Sequence record: OM728297.1
DNA: 64,000 bases
Strand: one strand, 5' to 3'
Below are positions 18,496-28,377 of the stretch, one piece after another. The position numbers were made by a program, and so were the translations under genes. The number at the start of each line of letters is the position of its first letter. The first letter of the stretch is position 1. The notes beneath the pieces are model-generated. The model saw nothing but the letters and a program-made list of their open reading frames with translations. It did not search any database and was not told where the DNA came from.

Positions 18496-20799
18496 ATGGT
18501 AAAGACTAAAGTGAAAAATCAATATAGTGATGAATCAATTGATCTTTTAGAGGGATTAGAAGGTATCAGAACACGTTTTGACATGTATGTAGGTGGAAAG
18601 GATTCAGCGGCATTTCATCTTGTAAAAGAAGTAGTGGACAACTCTATTGATGAAGCGATTAATGGATATTGCACTAATATTAATATTACATATGATGAAA
18701 AACTCAATCAAATTTCAATTGAAGATAATGGTCGTGGTCTTCCTACCGGTATTAATAAGAAGACTAAAAAACCTACAATTGAAGTACTTTTTACTTATAT
18801 GCATGCAGGTGGAAAATTTAATAAGGATAGCTTTAAAGTATCAGGCGGTAAGAATGGTATTGGTTTAAAAGCAGTTAATGCTCTTTCAAGTTTCCTATTG
18901 GTTGAGTCATTTCATAATGGCGAACACTATTCAATGGAATTTTCTAAAGGAAAAATCGTCAAATCATTAAATAAACTTGGAAATACTACAAAACGTGGTA
19001 CAAAAATTACATTTATACCTGATGATGAAATTTTAAAACAATTTGCCAAAATTGATCAATCTCTATTAAAAGAGGAATTAAACAAGAGAGCATATATCAA
19101 TGCTGGTCTTGAAATTAACTTAAAAATTGGTAAAGAGAAAACTACTTTTAAACATGATAACGGAATTATTGACTATCTTAATGATATTAATACAGATCAA
19201 ATTAATGAACCAATCAATTTTGAATTTACTGATAAAAAGGGAAATATTTATGAAGTAGTATTTAACTATGCTAATGAATCAGGAGAAAATATTAAATCAT
19301 TTGTTAATGGTATTTCAACAAGTAAAGGTACTCATGAACAAGGCTTTAAAACAGGACTAACAGTAGCACTACTTGAATTTATTAAAGAAAATAATTTATT
19401 ACCTAAAAAGTTAGAAAAACTAGAAATTAAGGGTGATGATATTCGAGAAGGCTTATATTCTATTATTAGTCTTAAACTCTTAGAACCAGAATTCCGAGGA
19501 CAAGTAAAAGATGAATTAAGTAATAGTGAAGTACTTGGGGAATTGAAGAAGGCTACTCATGAAAAGACAAAAGATTGGTTATCAAAAAATATTGATATTG
19601 GTAAAAAGATTGCAAATCGTATTATTGCATTTGCAAAGGGTAGAAAAGAAGCTAATGCAATTAAAGACAAGATTGTAAAAGTAAATGGTAATTCTTCTGG
19701 TTTATCATTTAAATCTGATTTCCCTGACTGCGATAGTAGAGATATTACAAAAAACGAAATTATTGTTATTGAGGGAAATTCAGCTGGAGGTAGTGTACGT
19801 AATGCTAGAATTTCAGAAATCCAAGCTGTATTCCCATTACGTGGTAAACCATTAAATGCATATGGGTTAACTCATGCTAGAATTCTAGCAAATAAAGAAT
19901 TTAAAGAACTAATTAAAGTAATTTTTGGGACGACTGATATTAAGAATATTAGTTATGATAATATTAGATATGGTAAAATTATTATTTTGGCAGATGCCGA
20001 TGATGATGGATACCATATTACTATGTTGCTTCTTGCATTTCTATATGAGCATTTTCCTAAATTAATTGAGGATGGAAGAGTATATATTGCACTCTCCCCA
20101 TTATATCGTGTTAGAAAAAATAAATCCGATAAATATCTTTATTTCAAGAATGATAAAGAGTATGATAAATTTGTAATTAAAGAGATTGGAAAGAAATATA
20201 AACTTGATCCAATTTCTCTTAGTAAATTCATTACAAACGGAAAGAAATATACAAGTTTATTTGATAGTATTAGACATAGATATAATATTGACATTGATGT
20301 ATTAAATATTATTGAAAATCATATGAGTGTAAATAATGATATTCGCACTAAAGATATTGTCTCAGATCTAAAAGATATTGATCTAGCAGTTACAAAAGAA
20401 GGAAAAGATCTTAAAGTAGAAGGTTTATACAGAGATACTTGGCATAAGCTCATTATTAATGATGAATTTACTAAACATATTGAAGAACTTTCAGCGGTAT
20501 TTAATGATTTAGACGTAGTAACAATTGAAGATGCAAAAGATGGTCATATTGTAAAAGAAGATGAATATATTTATAATGCATTAAACTTTTTAAATAATTC
20601 AATTACTTTTGTCAGAAACCGTTTTAAAGGATTAGGAGAAGCAGATGCTAATGAGTTATTTGAGACTACTCTTGATCCAAAGAAAAGAGATTTAGTTCAA
20701 GTCAATATTAATGATTTTGAATCTACAGATGAGATCAATAAGATTCTATTTGGGAATAATGCTGATTTACGCAAAATGTTTATTGATAAATATTTGTAA
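18496..20799 (+). CDS. gyrB: DNA gyrase/type IIA topoisomerase subunit B
   Basis: EVVDNSIDE, DNGRG, HAGGKF, SGGKNGIG, EGNSAGG, PLRGK, DADDDG, RFKGLGE. Confidence 0.95.
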   Translation: MVKTKVKNQYSDESIDLLEGLEGIRTRFDMYVGGKDSAAFHLVKEVVDNSIDEAINGYCTNINITYDEKLNQISIEDNGRGLPTGINKKTKKPTIEVLFTYMHAGGKFNKDSFKVSGGKNGIGLKAVNALSSFLLVESFHNGEHYSMEFSKGKIVKSLNKLGNTTKRGTKITFIPDDEILKQFAKIDQSLLKEELNKRAYINAGLEINLKIGKEKTTFKHDNGIIDYLNDINTDQINEPINFEFTDKKGNIYEVVFNYANESGENIKSFVNGISTSKGTHEQGFKTGLTVALLEFIKENNLLPKKLEKLEIKGDDIREGLYSIISLKLLEPEFRGQVKDELSNSEVLGELKKATHEKTKDWLSKNIDIGKKIANRIIAFAKGRKEANAIKDKIVKVNGNSSGLSFKSDFPDCDSRDITKNEIIVIEGNSAGGSVRNARISEIQAVFPLRGKPLNAYGLTHARILANKEFKELIKVIFGTTDIKNISYDNIRYGKIIILADADDDGYHITMLLLAFLYEHFPKLIEDGRVYIALSPLYRVRKNKSDKYLYFKNDKEYDKFVIKEIGKKYKLDPISLSKFITNGKKYTSLFDSIRHRYNIDIDVLNIIENHMSVNNDIRTKDIVSDLKDIDLAVTKEGKDLKVEGLYRDTWHKLIINDEFTKHIEELSAVFNDLDVVTIEDAKDGHIVKEDEYIYNALNFLNNSITFVRNRFKGLGEADANELFETTLDPKKRDLVQVNINDFESTDEINKILFGNNADLRKMFIDKYL

Positions 20800-20828
20800 A
20801 ATTACTATTTCATTTAGGAGGAGAAATA

Positions 20829-21473
20829 ATGGCAGATATTAAATTAGTTGATAAAGATACTGATTTATCTAATTTAAAACCAATTGGTTGGGATTTGAAG
20901 ATTAATGGAGTAGATTTTGACGTATATCGAATTAATGGATATAATCATTCTATTGGTGGTAAATGGGGAGAAAACTGTTATTGGGCTTGTCCTTCCAATG
21001 AGAAACCAACTTATGAAAATCTTATTCAGTTTAGTGGTGATGCTCCTACTTGGGGTGTTACATTTGACAGAATCAATTATGTTAAAACTAAATGGGATGA
21101 AACATCAGTTAATGCTAATGGTAATTGTTGGATAACTCGTAATGGTCAAAAATTTTATAGAATAAATGCACGTTATTTAGATTATGGATTAGCAACTGCA
21201 CAGCATGTACTAGTGAAACTATTAGAAGATTGTCCACTTGATTTGCATATGAGAAACTGGAAAGAAAAAGCCATTGGTTATAAGATTTGGTATAATAATC
21301 AACCAGCCAAAATAACTGATATTACTAGTGATAATGAACTTTGGATTGTACCAGATGGTATTTCAAAATTTGAAGCACCCAAGCATTATAAAGATCCTGA
21401 AGATTATTTGGATTATGAGGATGGAATGCTTGTTGATTTACTATCACCAAATATTTATTGGTTCAGAGATTAA
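20829..21473 (+). CDS. Hypothetical protein
   Basis: 214-aa ORF with AGGAGG SD. Confidence 0.75.
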   Translation: MADIKLVDKDTDLSNLKPIGWDLKINGVDFDVYRINGYNHSIGGKWGENCYWACPSNEKPTYENLIQFSGDAPTWGVTFDRINYVKTKWDETSVNANGNCWITRNGQKFYRINARYLDYGLATAQHVLVKLLEDCPLDLHMRNWKEKAIGYKIWYNNQPAKITDITSDNELWIVPDGISKFEAPKHYKDPEDYLDYEDGMLVDLLSPNIYWFRD

Positions 21474-21477
21474 AAAT

Positions 21478-21514
21478 AATAACAACCTTACCTATTATTG
21501 GTAAGGTTGTTATT
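21478..21514 (+). terminator. Intrinsic terminator
   Basis: 15-bp stem aataacaaccttacc/ggtaaggttgttatt. Confidence 0.75.
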
Positions 21515-21534
21515 TCTATTAACAGGAGGTTATT

Positions 21535-22332
21535 ATGAATAATATTAATAAAGCTAAAGTAATTGCCGCAGGTTCATCAATTCTTATTACCATTAGTCTT
21601 ACTACATCAACAGTTACATATAACTATATGAATAAAAAGATTGAAACAAAAGAAAGTGAAGTTACTGAATTAAGAGATAGTTTTAAAAATCTGAAAAAAG
21701 AAAAAGTTAATTTAGAAAAAGAAAATAAAGATTTTTCAAGTAATAATAAAAATCTTGATAATAAAGTTAAAGAACTAAAGAAATCAAAAGAAGAACTAGA
21801 TAAAAAGAATGCTGAGGTTTCAGAAGAAAATAAAGAATTAAAGAAGTTTATTGAACATGTACAAAAATTGCCTCAATGGACTGAACAAGATGTAACTCAA
21901 ACATCTAATACTAGTAAGGTTGGATTGAAAATTGCTCTAAAAGATACTGGGTTAGATGGTCTTGAAGAATCATTTATTGAAGCTGAAAATAAGTATGGCA
22001 TTAATGCTATCTTTTTAACATCATTAGTAGCACAAGAGAGTGGTTGGGGAACTTCAGATAGAGCAAAGAGAGATAATAATCTTTCCGGTTATGCAGTTTA
22101 TAGTGATTCAAGTAAAGGAAAATCATTTGCTAGTAAACATGATAGTATAATGAGTACAGCAAAATTATTAAAGGAAAATTATGTAAAAGAAGGAAGAAAA
22201 GACATTTATTCAATAAATGATAAATATACACCCGTAAATGGTCATGATTGGGCGAATAATATAATTAGAATTGCAAATAAATTAGTTAAAAAAGCGAATG
22301 TTAACCAATATATTAAAGGACAAAAAATCTAG
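21535..22332 (+). CDS. Membrane-anchored coiled-coil + GH73-like glucosaminidase
   Basis: N-terminal hydrophobic helix, coiled coil, KYGINAIFLTSLVAQESGWG..NNLSGY..KY...WANN. Confidence 0.75.
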   Translation: MNNINKAKVIAAGSSILITISLTTSTVTYNYMNKKIETKESEVTELRDSFKNLKKEKVNLEKENKDFSSNNKNLDNKVKELKKSKEELDKKNAEVSEENKELKKFIEHVQKLPQWTEQDVTQTSNTSKVGLKIALKDTGLDGLEESFIEAENKYGINAIFLTSLVAQESGWGTSDRAKRDNNLSGYAVYSDSSKGKSFASKHDSIMSTAKLLKENYVKEGRKDIYSINDKYTPVNGHDWANNIIRIANKLVKKANVNQYIKGQKI

Positions 22333-22341
22333 GAGTACTAT

Positions 22342-22923
22342 ATGGATGAAAATCTTTTAAATAATTTACAAGAGTTAATTGAAAAGCATTCTAAGTCAAA
22401 TGAAATAGAAGTTGTTAAAATGATAATAGATGAATTAATAAGCAGGTATAATTTAGACATGCATTATATAAAAATAAAACAAAAGATATCTCTAGAAGAA
22501 GTAATTAAAAAGCACCCTGAATGGACACAATCAAAAATTGCTGATCATTTAAATATACCCAAATCAACTGTAAGTTATTTAATTCAGAGATACAATTTAA
22601 ATTATAAATCTAAGAAGAGTAATAAAAAAGTAAAAAAGATCAATAATATATCTAAGAGAGATATATTAAATATAATTATGGCTCATCCTGAATGGACACA
22701 ATCAAAAATTGCTGATCATTTAGGAATATCACGAAGTAAACTCAATTCTTTAATAAGTCTATATAATATCAAACAAACTGAGATTAAAAATAATTACTAT
22801 CTATCAATGCTAAGAAAGATAATTAAAGAACATCCTGAATGGACTAAAAGTAGATTATGTATTGAGTTAAATATTAGTCAAACTAAATTAAATAATTTAA
22901 TTAGTAAGCTATCTGACAAATAG
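22342..22923 (+). CDS. Tandem HTH protein (3 HPEWT units)
   Basis: HPEWTQSKIADHL twice plus HPEWTKSRLCIEL. Confidence 0.8.
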   Translation: MDENLLNNLQELIEKHSKSNEIEVVKMIIDELISRYNLDMHYIKIKQKISLEEVIKKHPEWTQSKIADHLNIPKSTVSYLIQRYNLNYKSKKSNKKVKKINNISKRDILNIIMAHPEWTQSKIADHLGISRSKLNSLISLYNIKQTEIKNNYYLSMLRKIIKEHPEWTKSRLCIELNISQTKLNNLISKLSDK

Positions 22924-22948
22924 TATAAACGTCTAAGGAGTTTTAATT

Positions 22949-23299
22949 ATGAATAAAAGATATAATAAAAATGAACAGCTTGCAAATGAGTTAAGAGATT
23001 TTATTATTAAAAATGAATTTACAAATGTTCGAATCTACTTTAATAATAAAGCATATGACTGGTACAGTTCTAGTAAAGAACTAATTTTAATTAATAATAT
23101 TAGACCAACAGAATATTTTCCGACTGCAAATAATAAAACTGTTTCAATGAGTTTTGAAGGAAATCTATATTATCCTATGAACTTCGGTGATAATGATAAT
23201 GACTTTACCACCTATAATACAATTAAAAGTATTTTTAAGAGATATGGTTATTATTTTGAATTTGGAGATGCATGGAATCTAACTGCCTACGATTTATAA
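22949..23299 (+). CDS. Hypothetical protein
   Basis: 116-aa ORF with AAGGAG SD. Confidence 0.7.
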   Translation: MNKRYNKNEQLANELRDFIIKNEFTNVRIYFNNKAYDWYSSSKELILINNIRPTEYFPTANNKTVSMSFEGNLYYPMNFGDNDNDFTTYNTIKSIFKRYGYYFEFGDAWNLTAYDL

Positions 23300-23316
23300 A
23301 AGGAGAAAGAATAATA

Positions 23317-24261
23317 ATGGGTAAAAAGATTAATAAAGAAATATTAGAAGAAATAATTAAAGAAAATCCTGATTGGACACAAAGAGAAATAGCTGATCAT
23401 CTAAATTTATCTATATCTTATATTGGGCAGTTAATAAAAAAATATAATATTGATTATAAAGATAAAAATATAAATTACACCATAAAAGAAGAATTAACAA
23501 AAATTATAAATGAACATCCCGATTGGTCGCAAAGAGAAATAGCTGAACACTTAGGGACAGAAAAATCTCATGTGAGTCAATTAATTAAAAAGTATAATAT
23601 TGATTACACTATAAAAAAGAAGAATAAAAAAATAATTATTTCAAAAGAAAAATTAATTGAAATCATTAATGAACACCCTGATTGGACACAAAAACAAATA
23701 GCTGATCATTTAGGAGTTGTAGAATCCTATATCGGTAGGCTAATAAGAAAGTATAATATAATATATGTTAAAAAAGGAAATCAAAGCAGGAATAAATTTA
23801 TGGAAAAAAATTTAATTTCACAATATTTTATGAATGAAGAAATTATGGTAGATTTATTATTTTCAGTAATTAAGAATAATAATGAATTAAATCAAAAAGA
23901 AATAGCTGATCTATTAGTAAAAAGATTAATTAATGAATATAATCTAAATTATAAATTAAAAACTATAACTAAAGATGATTTATTGGATGTAATTAAAGAA
24001 CATCCTGACTGGACACAAAAACAAATAGCTGATCATTTCCTAGCTCTTCCAAATACAATTAATTCTATACTAGTAAGAAATAACATCAATCAAAAAGAAA
24101 TTAGAGAAGAATATATGGTTGAAAAATTAAAAGAATTAATTAAAGAGCATCCTGACTGGACTCAAGCTCAATTAGCTGAACCATTAGGAATTACAAAAAC
24201 ATATGTAAGGAATTTAATTATTAAATATAAATTAGAATATAATAAGAAGAAATTAAAATAA
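23317..24261 (+). CDS. Tandem HTH protein (5 full + 1 degenerate HPDWT units)
   Basis: Repeated (H/N)PDW(T/S)Qx(E/Q)IA(D/E)HL..LI.KYNI.Y; AAGGAG before ATG 23317. Confidence 0.8.
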   Translation: MGKKINKEILEEIIKENPDWTQREIADHLNLSISYIGQLIKKYNIDYKDKNINYTIKEELTKIINEHPDWSQREIAEHLGTEKSHVSQLIKKYNIDYTIKKKNKKIIISKEKLIEIINEHPDWTQKQIADHLGVVESYIGRLIRKYNIIYVKKGNQSRNKFMEKNLISQYFMNEEIMVDLLFSVIKNNNELNQKEIADLLVKRLINEYNLNYKLKTITKDDLLDVIKEHPDWTQKQIADHFLALPNTINSILVRNNINQKEIREEYMVEKLKELIKEHPDWTQAQLAEPLGITKTYVRNLIIKYKLEYNKKKLK

Positions 24262-24271
24262 CTTTAAAGTT

Positions 24272-24279
24272 TATATTAT
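24272..24279 (+). promoter_or_regulatory. Putative early promoter TATATTAT
   Basis: Upstream of the AAA-VWA-paralog operon. Confidence 0.5.
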
Positions 24280-24335
24280 AAAAATGTAATAAACTAGATA
24301 AATAATTGGGAATAGAAATGGAGAGAGAAATTATT

Positions 24336-25535
24336 ATGAAAATGTCAAATTTAATCAAAGCAATCGATATTACAGTTCAATCAGGTTCAGTACCTATGGT
24401 TATGGGTCACAGTGGTATTGGAAAATCAAGTATTGCAAAAATCTATGCAGACTTAATTCAAGAAAGAGAAAATAAAGATGTAGTATATGTTGAGTTATTT
24501 GGTTCTGTTCTTAAAGAAGGTGAATTAACTGGTATGCCAATTAATATCACTAAAAACTATAGCGGAGAAGAATTAAATGTAACAACATATACTATTCATA
24601 CTGCAATTAGAAAACTATGGGAAGCAAATGAGGCAGGTAAAATCCCACTATTATTCTTAGATGAATTAAACCGTTCTGATATTGCAGTACAACAAGAGTT
24701 AATGCAATTAATTCTTACGAAGCAAATTAATGGAAATCCATTACCAGAAAATACTATTATGATTGCGGCAGGAAATCCAGATTCTGAAGATGATGATGGA
24801 ATTGACTATCAAGTAAATACTATGAACTATGCTTTAAGAGATCGTTTTACTGATCTTCATTTAGAAGTAGACTCTGACGAATGGATTAAATGGGCGTTGC
24901 AACAAGTATCATTTTATGATAATGATGACAATCTAATTAAAACAGATTCTATGATCCACAAGAATATTATTGAGTTTATCACAAATGATCCTCTTCAGTT
25001 ACATATCATTAATGCTGAAAATGAAGGTAAAAATCCAACTCCTCGTGCTTGGGAAAGAACTTCTGATGCATATAGATATTTTGAAGAGAATTATGATATG
25101 GAAGACAGTGATAATAAGAGAGCTTTCTGGGGAGTAGTAGAAGGAAACCTTGGGAAAAATACTGCTATTGCATTTAGAAGTTTTATTGAAGAAAATTCTA
25201 AACCAATGATTAATCCTAAGACTATTATTAATAATAAAGATTTATCTAAAGATACAAAGCTAATCGAAAAAATTAAAAATGAAACTATGGCAAGACAAAA
25301 TCTATTAACTCGCTATGTATATATTCATATTGGTAATAATATCGATAAATTTAAAGAAAAAGAGTTAAATAACTTTATTACTTATCTTGATATTATTCCT
25401 GAAGAACTGCTAATGATGGCAATTAGTGAGATTAAGAGAAATCCTAATGATAACATTAGTTCTATTTTTGAAATTTTAAAAACTAATCAAACTTTTATTC
25501 AAAAGTTTGTTAATATCATTCAAAATTTAAAATAA
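24336..25535 (+). CDS. MoxR-type AAA+ ATPase
   Basis: GHSGIGKSS, LFLDELNRS, AAGNP, ALRDRF, TPRAWER. Confidence 0.9.
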   Translation: MKMSNLIKAIDITVQSGSVPMVMGHSGIGKSSIAKIYADLIQERENKDVVYVELFGSVLKEGELTGMPINITKNYSGEELNVTTYTIHTAIRKLWEANEAGKIPLLFLDELNRSDIAVQQELMQLILTKQINGNPLPENTIMIAAGNPDSEDDDGIDYQVNTMNYALRDRFTDLHLEVDSDEWIKWALQQVSFYDNDDNLIKTDSMIHKNIIEFITNDPLQLHIINAENEGKNPTPRAWERTSDAYRYFEENYDMEDSDNKRAFWGVVEGNLGKNTAIAFRSFIEENSKPMINPKTIINNKDLSKDTKLIEKIKNETMARQNLLTRYVYIHIGNNIDKFKEKELNNFITYLDIIPEELLMMAISEIKRNPNDNISSIFEILKTNQTFIQKFVNIIQNLK

Positions 25536-25559
25536 TAGATATAAAAAGGGGAAGTAAAA

Positions 25560-26984
25560 ATGACTATTCTTAATAGTGATAATAAAAATGAAATTTATGA
25601 GTATCTAAAATCAGTATATATTAAAGCAGATGCTCCTTCAGTTCAAGTCTCAGAAAATAATCAAAAGTTAATAGAGAGATATTTCTCTCTATTAACTACT
25701 TCCCTGATCTTAAATGATCGGGATGGAGATAGTAGATTCTATGCTTATTTTTTGTCTTCTGTTAAAAGAACTATTATTCACGATCAGTATTTTGCTCCTG
25801 CCGCAGTATATTATGATGATAATAGAATGACATTTGTGTTATTACTAAATCCATATAAATTATTCTTATTTGAACAAGATGAGATCGTTGCTGTACTAAT
25901 GCATGAATTGCTTCATGTTGCAAATAGCCATATCTATAGACACAAAGTTTTATCTACTAGATATAATAAACTTGACATGCAAAAAGTTAATATTGCAATG
26001 GATTGTGCAATTAATCAGTTTATTAAAAATTTACCTAATGGTGCAATTACACTTAAATCAGTTAAAGAAATGACCGGAGTAAAGAATATTAGATCTAAAG
26101 CAAATTTTGAATATTACTTAGAATTATTATTAAAGAGTAAGAAAGCCAATAAAAATAAGAAATCTGATGGTCAAAGTTCAAAAGATTCAGAAGATCCTAA
26201 TGAATTAAATGATAATGATGTTGATTCTGATGGAAATCTAACCGAAAGTGGTAAAGAAAAAAGATTATCACAATCAAGAAATCATGCTCATGATAAATGG
26301 GATGAAATTGAATCTAGTAAAACAGTAGAGAAAGAGATGTCAGAGAAATTAAAAGATATTCTTCAAGATATTAAAAATAGAAATAGAGGTAATCTTCCTA
26401 ATAATATGGAAGGTATCTTACAATCATTATTAGGTAAACAAGAAATCGCATGGCAAAAAATATTTAAAAATATGATCGGTGGATTAAAGGTTCCATTTAA
26501 AAGAACTCCCATGCGTAGAAGTAGAAGACAACCTGATAGACCTGATGTACTGGGAAGGATCTCGGACAGAGAATGTAAAGTTGCAGTTGCTTTGGATATG
26601 TCAGGATCAATGACAAATGAAGAATTAGCATGGTCACTTAATGAAGTAATTGGTTTATTAAAAGGGAAGAAATCAACTGTTACTATCATTCATTTTGATT
26701 CAGAGGTTGGAACTGTTTATGATGTTAGAAAAAAGAATGATATTAAATTTAAAAGAGACAAAAATGGCGGTACAGAATTTTCACCTGTTATTAGCTATGT
26801 AAATAAAAATTTACCAAAAACAGATGTACTAGTAGTCTTTACTGATGGCTTTGGTGAATATGAATTATTAGAAAAACCAAATTGTCAAATGTTATGGATT
26901 ATTACAAGAGGAAATGAATTGTCCGTTCGAAAACCATATGGTAAAGTAAGACGTAATAATTATAAGGAGGAAAGAGATGAATAA
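25560..26984 (+). CDS. DUF2201-type metallopeptidase-like (HExxH) + VWA domain protein
   Basis: VLMHELLH..NIAMDCAINQ; MIDAS DMSGS, FDSEV, GGTEF, VFTDG. Confidence 0.88.
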   Translation: MTILNSDNKNEIYEYLKSVYIKADAPSVQVSENNQKLIERYFSLLTTSLILNDRDGDSRFYAYFLSSVKRTIIHDQYFAPAAVYYDDNRMTFVLLLNPYKLFLFEQDEIVAVLMHELLHVANSHIYRHKVLSTRYNKLDMQKVNIAMDCAINQFIKNLPNGAITLKSVKEMTGVKNIRSKANFEYYLELLLKSKKANKNKKSDGQSSKDSEDPNELNDNDVDSDGNLTESGKEKRLSQSRNHAHDKWDEIESSKTVEKEMSEKLKDILQDIKNRNRGNLPNNMEGILQSLLGKQEIAWQKIFKNMIGGLKVPFKRTPMRRSRRQPDRPDVLGRISDRECKVAVALDMSGSMTNEELAWSLNEVIGLLKGKKSTVTIIHFDSEVGTVYDVRKKNDIKFKRDKNGGTEFSPVISYVNKNLPKTDVLVVFTDGFGEYELLEKPNCQMLWIITRGNELSVRKPYGKVRRNNYKEERDE

Positions 26985-27657
26985 TTGGTTACATACTAGA
27001 ACGATAAGTGATGATGATACTATCATCACTTATCCTTTCATTTGTATTAGTGATCCTTATAGTGGTTTCGGTAATTCTAGAGAGCTTGAAAATATGTTTG
27101 ACCTTTTCAGAGAATTTTTAAAGAGAAAAGGATATGCACTTAAATTTGATAAAGGATATAGTAAAGAATCAATTTCTAAATATTTTGAATTCCGATTAGA
27201 AGACTTTAAAGAAAGATTACCTAAAATTATTGATAGTCTTAAAGGAAGATATTTAATTTTTGAGGAGTTTGGATATTATAGAGAAAACAAGGGGAATTTT
27301 CGTTTAGCATATCTTCTATCAGAATATAAAAATATACATAAAGATTTTTTCAATATTTTAATTCCCACTACCATTTCCCTTAGAAATGATTCAGATATTA
27401 ATAAATTTATTAATAATTTTTTAAGTAAATTTAAGGAATCATTATTTAAGGCTATTCTATATATGATTGAATATTTTGAAAGTAATAATCTGTTGAATTA
27501 CTTAGAATCAATAGAGAAATACATTCTGATTAACGGTTTAAGACAATATGTTGATTATGATAAATATGCATATTTATATGAAAATGATCCTAAATTTAAA
27601 AATAGTCTAGAAAGAGTAAGAAAATATGAAGCAATGAATTCATTAGAATCATTATAA
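26977..27657 (+). CDS. Paralog family A member 1 (short form)
   Basis: C-terminal KFKESLFKAILYMIEYF..YENDPKFKNSLERVRKYEAMNSLESL. Confidence 0.85.
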   Translation: MNNWLHTRTISDDDTIITYPFICISDPYSGFGNSRELENMFDLFREFLKRKGYALKFDKGYSKESISKYFEFRLEDFKERLPKIIDSLKGRYLIFEEFGYYRENKGNFRLAYLLSEYKNIHKDFFNILIPTTISLRNDSDINKFINNFLSKFKESLFKAILYMIEYFESNNLLNYLESIEKYILINGLRQYVDYDKYAYLYENDPKFKNSLERVRKYEAMNSLESL

Positions 27658-27667
27658 GGAGGATAAA

Positions 27668-28366
27668 ATGAGTAAAGAAATAAAAATTAATTGGATGGAT
27701 GAAAAGATATTAAAAACAAATACAAATATTATTGATTTTCCTTTTGTTAAAAATTTTGATATTTACCACGGACATTTAGCTGTTAGATCACTTTATTCTG
27801 AATATTGTAATATAATAACTCTAATTGATCAAGATAATTATAAAAAAATAGAAATTGGTGATTCTTATCAAAGACTTAATGACATCTATTCAGAAGAAGA
27901 ACTACTAGAAGGATACTTTGAAAGTTTATTAGAAACATTTAAAAGAAAATTTCCTAAATTCATTGAAGAATTAGAAGGTGGTTTTGATTCATATAGAGAT
28001 TATGGAAACTTTAGATTGAGTTATTTATTGACTGAATACAGTGATGATTGTAAAAATACATTTAATAGTTTAACTTATTGTTATGCTTTTACTAGGGAGG
28101 TTACTATTTATTACTCTACTGATCTATTTAAAGAGAATTTTAGAAAATTAATGTTTAAAGCAATTCTATATATGATTGAGTATTTAGAAAATAATAAGTT
28201 ATTTACATATCTCGAATCAGTAGAAAGATATTTTCTGTTAGAAAATTTAAGAACTTATATTAACTATGAAGAAAATTGGTATTTATACGAAAATGATCCT
28301 AAGTTTAAAAATAGTCTAGAAAGAGTAAGAAAATATGAAGCTATGAATATATTAAATGAATTATAG
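27668..28366 (+). CDS. Paralog family A member 2 (short form)
   Basis: FKAILYMIEYL..YENDPKFKNSLERVRKYEAMNILNEL. Confidence 0.85.
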   Translation: MSKEIKINWMDEKILKTNTNIIDFPFVKNFDIYHGHLAVRSLYSEYCNIITLIDQDNYKKIEIGDSYQRLNDIYSEEELLEGYFESLLETFKRKFPKFIEELEGGFDSYRDYGNFRLSYLLTEYSDDCKNTFNSLTYCYAFTREVTIYYSTDLFKENFRKLMFKAILYMIEYLENNKLFTYLESVERYFLLENLRTYINYEENWYLYENDPKFKNSLERVRKYEAMNILNEL

Positions 28367-28377
28367 GAGGTAATTTT

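Noticed and set aside
22500-24200. Possible CRISPR-like repeat array
   Set aside because: The repeats are in-frame coding HTH units with irregular spacing, not repeat-spacer units
27571-28348. Possible DGR template/variable repeat pair
   Set aside because: No reverse transcriptase in the window; both copies are coding, and the 3 differences are synonymous rather than adenine-directed diversification
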